DNA of 56,769 bases from Mesotaenium endlicherianum (taxonomy: Eukaryota), in contig WELA01001339.1 of NCBI GenBank assembly GCA_009602735.1, forward strand, positions 1 to 56,769, in the 5' to 3' direction. The notes under the pieces were generated by a model, which saw only the letters and a list, made by a program, of their open reading frames with translations, did not search any database and had not been told where the DNA came from. Shown one piece after another: positions 25,206-35,711 of this stretch. The number at the start of each line of letters is the position of its first letter. The stretch's first letter is position 1. The translations under genes and the position numbers were made by a program.

Positions 25206-25925
25206 TGTAATAAATCAGTATACTGGTTGATATAATATTCATTTAAATAATATAGTTAAATAAGTTCAGCCTGCAGAACTCTAGTTAACAATCAATCTGC
25301 TGGACTTTATACTTAACATCAGTTTAATGACTTGGCCGGAAGTAGCAGGCTGAGGTCACCTTAAGTCAGCTTGCTGACACATTCCTTGACAGCTAGCTGA
25401 CTTCCGTACTCGGTAGCAGCTAACTGCCTCGATATGCATCTAAGTGTGGTATGCTAGAGGAATGGCCAGATGACATCCCTAGGATGGATGGCGATTCGGG
25501 ATGATGGGAGATGGCGGTGGATTTGGTTAACCGAGGTCCTACCAACGTGGTTAACTCCCGGGTAGGCGGTGCCATCGCACTGACCGTTGAACAGTAAACT
25601 CATTCCATGTACATATGCTAGGCATTGCTCTCGAGTTCGAATTCGGAAACGAGGCCAACTCTCTTCTACAGCTTACCAAGAGAGATCTGAATCCAAGGCG
25701 AGGAGCCATTGATACGCACAGTCTTCTAACCTTGCCTATGTATGAGTTTACTGATTTGCATTATTGAAGCTAGTTTACTCGCATTTGACTGACGAGTATT
25801 ATTAACTGCTAGTGTGTTGTCCTTTGCCGTTAAACCAGTTAACGGAAAATACCATAAAGATTACTTGCTGGTATAAAGATCTTTATTAATTGCTTATCGC
25901 CTATTTGGTAAGTGAATTCATTTCA
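25206..25925 (+). repeat. 5' LTR of C
   Basis: TGTAAT...ATTTCA. Confidence 0.95.
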
Positions 25926-25959
25926 GTGGTATAGGAGCGATTATCACAGTCTTCTATAT

Positions 25960-27438
25960 ATGGTAAGGACAAGGTCTCAAACTAGCAACTCCCGAGACAT
26001 GGAAAACCAGGATAACGAGAATGTCGAAAACCAGGCGGAAAGCCATGTAGCGGGAACCCGTACCTATTCTGAAGCAGTAGCAGATACTGCAGCTAGAGAG
26101 GTTGCAGATGAGGCAGCTGCTATTGCCGCAGTCGCAGCAGAGCAAGCTGAGGAGGAGAGAGCCAGGCTAGAAGCTGAACAAGTAGCAAAGGCCGCTGAAG
26201 ATACAGAAAGGAGGGAAAGACAGCCAGCTGACGAGCGCACTGTCGAGGAACTCATGGCATCAAGGGCCAATGTTCTGAAGCCACCTCCTGGTGTACAACT
26301 CAATGTACTCCTAGGTCAAATACATGACCGGCTGAATGCGGCAGGAATTGCTGCTGCAGGAGCGAGAGGGATTGTTGAGGACACTACTCAGCGAGTAGAT
26401 GCCAATGCTGCTGCTGCATTTGCTAATCTACCACCCCAAAATGTAGACTTGGGAGCATTGTTCGTTCAGATGCAGTCGCAAATGGCGACCATGTATCAGT
26501 CCCAGCAGGAGGACAAAAGAATCATAATGTCCCTACTCCGGGACAGAGACCAACTGGGGTCTCACACCACTAGTGGTGGTGGCCGAGGGCCTAGTAAGCC
26601 CAAGCCGAAACCTCCCCAGGACTATGATCCTGAGGGAAACAGAAAATATTACCTGATCAAGTTTCTCGCGGATGTTGAGCAGTGGCTGGAGAACTACCCA
26701 GAACTGCAAGATTACGAGAAGGTCAGGCACACCGGTGCGCTACTGAAAGGCAGTGCCGCAGACTGGTGGCTTTACTGGAAGGAAGAGCGTAAGGCTCGGC
26801 AACTCGGTGACCCTACGTGGGTAGAGTTTGTCGAGAAGTTGCATGAGAAGTTTGATGTCATCAACCAGCAGGAGAAAGCTATCTATGCGATGATCTCCCT
26901 GACACTGAAGCAGACCACTTCAGTTGCTGAGTTTGCTCAAAAGTTCCAAGAGAACATGATGAAGCAGCCTGATTTGCCAGAACGGTATAGGATAGCATAC
27001 TTCAGGTATGGCTTGAAATCCGAGGTCTCTGGTCATTTTGCTGAGAAAAAGTATGAGAAACTGGCTGACTTGATCCAGGATGCTGACGCCTGGGATCAGC
27101 AGCAGTTCAATCACAAGCGCCAGAGTAACGCTTTGGTGTCTAAGATTGTCAAAAAGCCCCACGGTTCCTACAATGCAGTTGAAGGAGACCAGGCTGAGGA
27201 TAATCAGGGTGATGAATATGAGTATGAGTACAATGCTATTCAGTCTAGAGGTAGAGGTGGTCCCTCTCGAGGTGGCTATGGAAGGGGTGGTGGTAGGACT
27301 AAGCCGAGACCAGCCTCAGCAAAATCTACTTGCTACCATTGTCAGCAGAAAGGCCACTACAGAGAACAGTGTCCGGTCAAGCACCTGCCTAAGGTCGAGA
27401 GAAAAGACCAGCCTTTAAAAGACAGCAACAGTCAGTAA
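25960..27438 (+). CDS. gag: Gag of C (intact)
   Basis: MVRTRS start after the PBS; capsid motifs; CCHC knuckle. Confidence 0.92.
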   Translation: MVRTRSQTSNSRDMENQDNENVENQAESHVAGTRTYSEAVADTAAREVADEAAAIAAVAAEQAEEERARLEAEQVAKAAEDTERRERQPADERTVEELMASRANVLKPPPGVQLNVLLGQIHDRLNAAGIAAAGARGIVEDTTQRVDANAAAAFANLPPQNVDLGALFVQMQSQMATMYQSQQEDKRIIMSLLRDRDQLGSHTTSGGGRGPSKPKPKPPQDYDPEGNRKYYLIKFLADVEQWLENYPELQDYEKVRHTGALLKGSAADWWLYWKEERKARQLGDPTWVEFVEKLHEKFDVINQQEKAIYAMISLTLKQTTSVAEFAQKFQENMMKQPDLPERYRIAYFRYGLKSEVSGHFAEKKYEKLADLIQDADAWDQQQFNHKRQSNALVSKIVKKPHGSYNAVEGDQAEDNQGDEYEYEYNAIQSRGRGGPSRGGYGRGGGRTKPRPASAKSTCYHCQQKGHYREQCPVKHLPKVERKDQPLKDSNSQ

Positions 27439-27461
27439 TCCAGTCTACTGACTGTGAGGAT
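27414..27461 (+). promoter_or_regulatory. -1 ribosomal frameshift signal
   Basis: T TTA AAA heptamer, 8-nt spacer, 9-bp stem CAGTCAGTA/TACTGACTG; pol open in the -1 frame. Confidence 0.75.
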
Positions 27462-30400
27462 GCTAGAGATAGTGAGTCGTCACTAGCTGCCCTCGTAGCA
27501 GGTATTATGGGTCCTGCTGAACTGGATTCACTATGCATGCCTGACAAACAGATAAAGGAGACCATCAGTAATATAGACGTCCAGAGAGTGCACACTCTGG
27601 ATGCTCTTGTTCCACCTGATGTCCAACATTTCTTTGCTACGTCAGGAGAACAATGCGAAAGTCAGGAAAAGACAGTCCCCCCTATCCTACTGCATTGCAT
27701 GATTGCAGGTAGGAAGGTGAGGGCATTTGTTGACGGAGGGGCGTCACATACTTTTATCCACAAGGACTTAGTTAAGCGGCTAAGGCTGCCTACTGTCACC
27801 CAAGGGAATAGAAAAATATTCCTTGGAGATGCCTCAAGTATCCCGGGAGGAGTTATAACCAAGCCTATTGAGGTCCAGTTAGGTTCTGGCATTGCAGTTC
27901 TAACTGAAACGCTTACATTTGAGGTACTCAACACTGGCTTTTATGATCTCGTGCTAGGCAGGTCCTGGCTTAATAGACATCAAGCTGAAGTGTGTTGGAG
28001 CAGAGGTACAGTTAAAGTGAGAGGAGCCAGTGATGGGCAGACTGACTTGGCACCCACCAGTGCTCTTCCTCTTGTCCTGTGTGGATGGCAAATGAAGGAA
28101 AAGAAGAGGCTTCCAGAAGGATGCAAGTTGCTGAATGCAATGGAGTTCGTCAAAAGCTGGAACCAGAAGGAGGACAGAATGTTCTGTCTGCTGCTAAGAG
28201 AGGTACCTCCTCAACCTGAAGAAGTGGTTGAGGAAAAGGTGAGCCCTCCGGAGCACCTTACTGCTGCAAAAATTGTTGCTTAGTACACTGATGTATTTAA
28301 CATGCCTCCAGGACTACCCCCTAAGAGGGAAGTAGATCATAGGATTGATGTATTACCTCGGAGTCAGCCACCTTGGCAACGCACGTATGGCTTGTCTTAT
28401 GTGGAGAGCGAGGAGTTGAAAACACAGATTGCAGAGCTTGAGGAAAATGGTTATATTTCTCCCAGTAAATCACCTTACGGCGCACCCATCCTATTTGTTA
28501 AGAAAAAGGATGGCAGTATGCGGATGTGTGTAGATTACAGAGCTCTGAACAGAATTACGATAAAGAACAAGTATGCCTTACCCAGAATCGAGGACTTGCT
28601 TGATACCCTGTCTGGCGCTAAGGTGTTCAGTAAGATAGATCTCAAGAGTGGTTATCATCAAATCAGAATTGCTGAGGGGGATGAACACAAGACTGCCTTC
28701 CGCACACGTTATGGACACTATGAGTTCAACGTGATGCCATTTGGACTGACTAATGCTCCTGCTACCTTCATGGGTGCTATGAATGACATTTTCAGACCTT
28801 ATTTGGATAAGTTTGTGCAAGTTTTCCTGGATGATATTTTAATTTTCTCTAAAGATGAAGCTCAGCACACTGAACACTTAAAGAAAGTGCTGGACACTCT
28901 GCGGAAAAATCACTTGTATGCTAAAATGAGCAAGTGTGATTTCTTTAAGGAAAGTATTGAATTCTTAGGCCACGTTGTCAGTAAAAAGGGCATCAGTGTG
29001 AATCCTAAGAAAGTCCAGACCATAAGGGACTGGCCAGTACCACAGATGGTCTCTGAAGTTAGATCCTTCCTCNNNNNNNNNNNNNNNNNNNNNNNNNNNN
29101 NNNNNNNNNNNNNNNNNNNNNNNNNNNNNNNNNNNNNNNNNNNNNNNNNNNNNNNNNNNNNNNNNNNNNNNNNNNNNNNNNNNNNNNNNNNNNNNNNNNN
29201 NNNNNNNNNNNNNNNNNNNNNNNNNNNNNNNNNNNNNNNNNNNNNNNNNNNNNNNNNNNNNNNNNNNNNNNNNNNNNNNNNNNNNNNNNNNNNNNNNNNN
29301 NNNNNNNNNNNNNNNNNNNNNNNNNNNNNNNNNNNNNNNNNNNNNNNNNNNNNNNNNNNNNNNNNNNNNNNNNNNNNNNNNNNNNNNNNNNNNNNNNNNN
29401 NNNNNNNNNNNNNNNNNNNNNNNNNNNNNATTAATTATTGAGTGCAAGATAAAGAGCTGCTAGCTATCATTCATGTACTCAAACAGTGGAGAGCATACTT
29501 ACATGGTAAAGCTTTTAAGGTGATTACAGATCATCTAGCTCTGACCCACTTTCAGAAGAAGTCCAAGCTGTCGAGGAGGGAGAACCGCTGGAGCCAGATG
29601 CTGGAGCAGTTCCAAGTCCAGATCGACTACAAACCAGGGAAGTTGAATCCTGCTGATGCACTCTCTAGAAGACCTGACTTGCAAGAAAGGAACTTTAGTC
29701 AGCATGCTGTAGATAAAGTCCTGTGTGCACTCACTTCACTAAAGGTGAAAAAGTCCTTCCTTGAACAACTTAGGAAAGCCTACCTTTCTGACCCAACATT
29801 TGAGCCCAGCCCCACTACTGGTGTGTGTCGTGCTACTGCACTCGGGTATAAGCTTAAGGGAGGGGTCTGGGTGACTGAAACCACTTCAGGCAGGCTGAAG
29901 CTGGTCATTCCTAATAACTTGGAAATAAGGTCTCTCTTACTGAGTCAAGCTCATGACAGTCTCCTGGGTGGACATTTGGGGCAGGCCAAAACTGTTGGCA
30001 AACTGGCAAAACATTATCATTGGGAGGGGTTACCCCGGGAGGTCTTGAAATATGTCAAGTCCTGTGACCAGTGTCAGAGAAATAAGTCTCAGCACACACC
30101 ACCCGGAGGTCTCTTGCAACCACTGCCCATCCCAGCTGGACGCTGGTAATCTATATCCATGGATTGGGTGGTCACACTGCCACAAACTGCTAATGGGCAT
30201 GATTTGATATTGGTAGTCGTGGATAAACTGACAAAAATGGTCATTTTCATCCCCACAACTGTCAAAGTGACTGCACTCGAAACAGCGAGACAGTTTTACA
30301 ACCATGTAGTATGCCAACATGGGCTCCCTTCTAATATCATCTCAGACAGAGACTCAAAATTCACCTCTAAGTTCTGGAGAGCTTTAATGGGGTTAATGGG

Positions 30401-31251
30401 AGTCAAACAGCTGCTCAGCACAGCAAACCACCCTCAGACTGATGGGCAGACTGAAAGAACTAACCGAGTTCTGCAGGAGGTGTTGAGAGCATATATTTAC
30501 CAAAAACAAGATAATTGGGATGACCTGTTGCCTCAAATTCAGTTTGCGGTCAACAGTTTGGTGCACGCGTCAACAGACTCCTTTTGAACTCAGCCTGGGT
30601 AGAGTCCCTAAGTCTCCTTTAGATGTGCTAGGGGAATCTTTAACTCACCCTGAAGGGATTGACAACCCGGTCTCCCTCCAGTTAACTCAGAAGTTTGCTA
30701 ACAACCTGTCAGAAGTCCAACGAAACTTGCACAAGGCCCAAGAAAACCAACAAAAATACGCTTATCAACACCGTCGGGAACTGACATTTTCCAAGGGGGA
30801 TTTAGTCAAACTGCATTCTCAGCACCTGTACCTCCCTGGTGTGGTCAAGAACAAGCTTGGCCCTGTCTGGGTCGGTCCATATTCGGTGGTCCGTCGTGTC
30901 GATCAGAATGCTTACAAACTGAACATGTCAGCTGAATACAAGGATCACTAGGTCTTTAATGTCTCCTTCCTGGAACCATACATCAAAGGTGATTCACTGT
31001 TCACAGGTCGGTTACCTGTCCAACCGGGACCGGTCCCCGCTGTCCGGCACGGCGATCCTGAGGAGTATGAGGTCGATGAGATTTTAGACGCTCGATCGGT
31101 CCGTCGATCATCTAAATATGTCATGAAGTACCTCATCCGATGGAAGGGTTACGATGCCTCTGGGGACACTTGGGAATTTAAAGATCAGCTGACCCATGCC
31201 AAAGGGGCGTTGAAACGGTTCCACCTTCGGGCGGCTGGGGCACCTCCCTAA
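27414..31251 (+). pseudogene. pol: pol of C, disrupted (contains gap 29073-29429)
   Basis: VDGGA, FLDD, integrase, chromodomain. Stops at 28281, 29439, 30147, 30949 and a 5-nt deletion near 30575. Confidence 0.93.
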
Positions 31252-31466
31252 CAGTCATTTCAGTTGACACGGGAAGGTGACAGGAAGTCCCGTGTCCATA
31301 CAAGTTGGGGGGAGATGCGACAGTTAGTGACAGTTATGACAGGCAGCCCACCTTTAAATTTAAGTTGGAGGGAGTGGTAGTCTCTGATCACCATATTACC
31401 CACTCAACCTGCGCTCACACTCACTTGCTCTCCAACTCAATTTCTCCTTATATTCACTAACACCAG

Positions 31467-31574
31467 GTATTCCACACTAGGAACTCTCTCGATCGCGTTC
31501 CTCTTCATCAAGGGCACTCAGTAGCGGCAAAATATCATGACTTCACTAACTGCATTGTGTTTATGATTGAGCAG
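31467..31574 (+). other. Putative 108-nt 5'UTR intron of ORF3 (copy C)
   Basis: CAG|GTATTC donor, CACTAAC branch point (31544-31550), CAG|GATG acceptor. Confidence 0.6.
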
Positions 31575-31575
31575 G

Positions 31576-33243
31576 ATGACTCAAAAGTCGGAACTCAAGA
31601 GGAAGAGAAGGGCGGAAGAGGCACATGCAGAATACTTGCAATTCCGTGGAGACATCGAATCATCTTCCATCTCCGCTCGGGAATCACAACGACTCCAACA
31701 ACAGCGGGAGGCACAGAAGAAGAAGGAGGAGGAGGAACAGGCCAGACTGAGGCAGGAAGAAATGGACAGAAAAGCTGCAGAGGAGGCCAAGAAAGCAGAG
31801 GAGGAGAGGCAAGCTGAGGAGAAGCGGAAGCAGCAGGCTGAAGAAGAAGAACAGAGGAGAATCAGCAGCTACCGCTACACGGTGCTGGGCAAGGGCTTTG
31901 ATCTACTGGAGGAGGCCTTCAAGTATGCCCAGAGAAGTCGCAGTGAGTCGCAGAAGGAAATCCTCCAGAAGGAAGGGGAGACATCCGAAAACTTTGACAA
32001 GTATATAGAGGTCGGCACAGGGCTCCTCCTCTACCACGATTACGCCAGGATGGTAGGATATACCATCGGAGAGGCCAAGGCAATGGCCCAGGTGAACGAA
32101 GCAGGAGCTGTCTCGATTCCTGGTATCTGGGGGGCAGATAGGGTCATCAGGATGATCCCCATGGACGCGGACAGCTTCAAGGACTCAACACCCCACAACA
32201 GGTTCAAGGCCATGTACAATGAGGTGGAGAGGAGGAGCTGGGAATTCTTGGCCAGAGAAACCAGTCAGCTGGACTTTGCAGGGCACTGGTACCCTTGTAC
32301 TCTCAAAAAGACAGACGCTGCCTTCTTCCAAAAGCCCACTGATTGGCGGTGGATGACCATCAACATGAGGGACCAGCAGAATGACAGGGCGACGGATGAG
32401 GATTTCCTGACAGACCTAAAGGGGAACATAGTATTGCCCCCTCACATTGCGGCTTGGGACCCAAGATTGGATGGAGTCAGAGACTGCATGAGCCAAGAGA
32501 TGCAGGGGGACAGAAGCAGGGCCCGAGAGTCATTCTCCAAAGGGAAGCACGCTTATGCCAAATGGGCAAGTAAGCAGGGGGAAAAGGACCTCTATGCGGT
32601 CCGGACTCAGCAGCCCCCACCAGCACCCAAAAGGGGAAGGTCAGTAGGATATTCTTTTTCTCGGGAAGAGCTGGAGCAGCGGACAGAGGAGACCCCAGAA
32701 GTCTCAGAGGAACCCGGGGACGGCGAGGAGGCGGAGTCGGAGGAAGACGAGGAGGAAGGCGAGGAGGAGGACACTAGCCCCGCCGTGATCCTGACACCTG
32801 CCACATCCCCTGTAAGGGAGAAGACGGGGTGGGCCCCGCAGCAACTCGCTCAAGAGGAGGATATCACTTGGCTGGGGACTGCCAGAGGACAGAGCCCATC
32901 TCCAGGCAAGGAGACCCAGTCGGACAGGGCAGACAGGAGGGCTGCTCGGGAGATAGCCAGAGGCCTGCCAGCATCTCCCTCGCAGAGAGGGCATGTACCC
33001 TTGGCTCATGTCATGCAACATCCTTCTGGGATGCCGGTATACGTACCTGTCAGTTTGAGGGCTGCCCAGGAGAAGGCTGCCTCCCTTCAGTTTCAGACTG
33101 TGCAGGAGGAAACAGCCCAGTTACTGCGTTCTCCGCCGGGTCCTTACACGGAACCCCCTTCTCTGACAGGCTTCAAAAGACCCCAAGACAGGAGGAGGTC
33201 TGGCTCCCCTGAGCATAGGGCCTCAGGGATATCTCCCTCCTAA
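31576..33243 (+). CDS. Extra sense ORF3 of copy C, unknown function
   Basis: Uninterrupted 555-aa ORF homologous to 1270-2946. Confidence 0.87.
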   Translation: MTQKSELKRKRRAEEAHAEYLQFRGDIESSSISARESQRLQQQREAQKKKEEEEQARLRQEEMDRKAAEEAKKAEEERQAEEKRKQQAEEEEQRRISSYRYTVLGKGFDLLEEAFKYAQRSRSESQKEILQKEGETSENFDKYIEVGTGLLLYHDYARMVGYTIGEAKAMAQVNEAGAVSIPGIWGADRVIRMIPMDADSFKDSTPHNRFKAMYNEVERRSWEFLARETSQLDFAGHWYPCTLKKTDAAFFQKPTDWRWMTINMRDQQNDRATDEDFLTDLKGNIVLPPHIAAWDPRLDGVRDCMSQEMQGDRSRARESFSKGKHAYAKWASKQGEKDLYAVRTQQPPPAPKRGRSVGYSFSREELEQRTEETPEVSEEPGDGEEAESEEDEEEGEEEDTSPAVILTPATSPVREKTGWAPQQLAQEEDITWLGTARGQSPSPGKETQSDRADRRAAREIARGLPASPSQRGHVPLAHVMQHPSGMPVYVPVSLRAAQEKAASLQFQTVQEETAQLLRSPPGPYTEPPSLTGFKRPQDRRRSGSPEHRASGISPS

Positions 33244-33328
33244 GGGCAGCAGGCTGGGGATAAGAGGGACAGCACGCTGTTACTAGTGATAGTGTTGTCG
33301 AGGCGACAACATGATAAGTTGGAGGGAT

Positions 33329-34050
33329 TGTAATGAATCAGTATACTGGTTGATATAATATTCATTTAAATAATATAGTTAAATAAGTTCAGCCTGCTGA
33401 ACTCTAGTTAATAATCAGTCTGCTGGACTTTATACTTAATATCAATTTAATGACTTGGCCGGAAGTAGCAGGCTGAGGCCACCTTAAGTCAGCTTGCTGA
33501 CACATTCTTTGACAGCCAGCTGACTTCCGTACTCGGTAGCAGCGAACTGCCTCGATATGCATCTAAGTGTGGTATGCTAGATGAATGGCCAGATGACATC
33601 CCTATGATGGATGGCGATTCGGGATGATGGGAGATGGCGGTGGATTTGGTTAACCGAGGTCCTACCAACGTGGTTAACTCCCGGGTAGGCGGTGCCATCG
33701 CACTGACCGTTGAACAGTAAACTCATTCCATGTACATATGCTAGGCATTGCTCTCGAGTTCGGCATTCGGAAATGAGGCCAACTCTCTTGTACAGTTTAC
33801 TGAGAGAGATCTGAATCCAAGGCGAGAAGCCATTGATACGCACTGTCTTCTAACCTTGCTTATGTATGAGTTTACTGATATGCATCATTGATGCTAGTTT
33901 ACTCGCATTTGACTTACGAGTATTATTAACTGCTAGTGTATTGTCCTTTGCCGTTAAACCAGTTAACGGAAATACCATAAAGATTACTTGCTGATATAAA
34001 GATTTTTTTTTTCATTGTTAATTGCCTATTTGGTAAGTCGATTCATTTCA
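33329..34050 (+). repeat. 3' LTR of C
   Basis: Direct repeat of 25206-25925. Confidence 0.95.
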
Positions 34051-34100
34051 GTACGGCAAGCTAGGCCGATACACGAGTATTTTAAAACTAGGTGGCATAG

Positions 34101-34586
34101 TCATCGTACAAGAGAAATCCAGTGTACGTGGATCTCAATATACTTATCCACAACTTTCTCTCCTTCTCTTTGCAGGGTTGCCCTCTAGTCTGCTACTCTG
34201 CTCTCTTGAGCATACTTTTAGTGCCTCTTGCAGAAGATCAAATCTCTTGCCAAAGACTGTATAGCAGTAGCTCTCCGTTACTTCCGATGTTCCTTCTCTG
34301 CTTTCCGTAGCCTGTCCTCCTTAGCCTTCCTGTCCTCCTCAACTTCTCTGATTCTAACCTCCTCAGCTTTTCTGTCCTCCTCAATTTTTTTGAGTCTGTC
34401 TTGCTCCTCTTTCCTGGCCCTTTCTTCATCGTTCTGTTTCTTCTTGGGCTCCCTCTTGAGTTATCGACGTTCCACCTCCCGTGCTGAGAGTGAAGTGGCT
34501 TCAATGTCCTCCTAAAATTCTTGATACTGTTGCCGAGCCTCTTCGGCCATTCTCTTCTTCTTGAGTTCATTCTATTACTTGGTCAT
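34101..34586 (-). pseudogene. ORF3 of copy D, 5' coiled-coil part
   Basis: Resumes after the hAT TSD; ATG in CAG|GATG context; E/K/R-rich. Confidence 0.75.
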
Positions 34587-34587
34587 C

Positions 34588-34689
34588 CTGCTCACACATG
34601 CCATAACTCAATTAGTATAGTAACAGAGTTCGGGACTCGCAAAGAGACATAATGGGCAAGAACGTAGTTACATACTGATCCCAAGTTAC
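34588..34689 (-). other. Putative 102-nt 5'UTR intron of ORF3 (copy D)
   Basis: AAG|GTAACT donor, TACTAAT branch point (34611-34617), CAG|GATG acceptor. Confidence 0.6.
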
Positions 34690-34934
34690 CTTGCGAGAAA
34701 AGTGATTGGAAGTGGTAAGCTTGGAAAAGAGGTGCTTCTGGGATTGAAACACTGAGTGTGAGCGAATTGGATGTGAGAGTGTATATGTAACGGTGGGTTC
34801 CGGGCTACCGAAAAATTGTAACAGTCCTTTCAACTAAAAAGGTGGACTACCCGTCACATCTGTCACCAAACTATCACATTATGTTACTTAACAATCTCAT
34901 TCCCCTCTAACTTAAATGGAGACAGGACCTCGTG

Positions 34935-35676
34935 TGAAAGGGACGGAGTGCCCTAGTGGAAGCGTAGTGACTCACGAGGAAACGAACTAATTGCAATCAT
35001 ACTAAAGAGTGCAGCGGCATATCACTAAGAAAGTTTATGAAAATTACTCAGCATTTTGAGTAGCAAGAAAGTGCTCACAAATGGACTAGAATGAAAGGTC
35101 TCATCATTGCAAACTCGTAGAAATTTACAGAAGTGAAAATTGATAAGAAACAAAGAAGTTATGCCTACTTATAGTTTTCTGCCTAAGTGCTTCTCTCTAG
35201 GAGGAAGCTACGGAAACTTAAGTGTTCGTCAAATCGTCCCTTCCAAAATATCCATGAGTATGCCAGATCAGTCTCATCTAACGTGTTGGGCCGAATTGAC
35301 GTCCACATAGATGCCTCGACATTACTAGAATATTCTATCTTAGGCGCGCTAGGCTAAACCAAAACTTCGAGGTAAATCGACCTAGTCGGCACTCCGCGTC
35401 AGCTGAACTTACGTAAAGGCTCGAGTTCACTTTAACGGCCCAGATCGCTCGGCGCTGTCGATCAATCAGACGGTCGCGCTCACCGCGAACTAACGACAGT
35501 CGTCAACCGACCTTAAAACTAATTTAACTTCAGAAATCCGTAACTTTCTCAATACTTAACCAAATTCAATGAACTTTATATCAAAATGACCAAAACAATG
35601 CACTCTAGACTTCTATGCAATCAAAACATACTTTCATGAAACTCAAAAATGCACTTTATAAACCTATGACCTTACA
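34935..35676 (-). repeat. Family-B solo LTR
   Basis: Reverse complement of the B LTR, diverged; TSD TCGTG/TCCTG. Confidence 0.92.
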
Positions 35677-35711
35677 TCCTGTCACCTGTCTACGTTAACT
35701 AAAATGACAAT

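Larger units (their letters stand above)
25206..34050 (+). mobile_element. Family-A chromovirus, copy C, full length
   Basis: LTRs 25206-25925 and 33329-34050, TSD GTACG on both sides, PBS 25927-25938, PPT 33316-33328. Confidence 0.96.
24875..34092. mobile_element. hAT-type non-autonomous element/MITE (~370 bp once nested copy C is removed)
   Basis: 16-bp TIRs CCTAGTTT(G/T)AAAATAC; perfect 8-bp TSD TGGCATAG (24867-24874 / 34093-34100); subterminal AATACG repeats. Confidence 0.85.

Noticed and set aside
25960..25968. ATG|GTAAGG at the gag start as the donor for ORF3
   Set aside because: Joining it to the |GATG acceptor puts the gag ATG out of frame with ORF3
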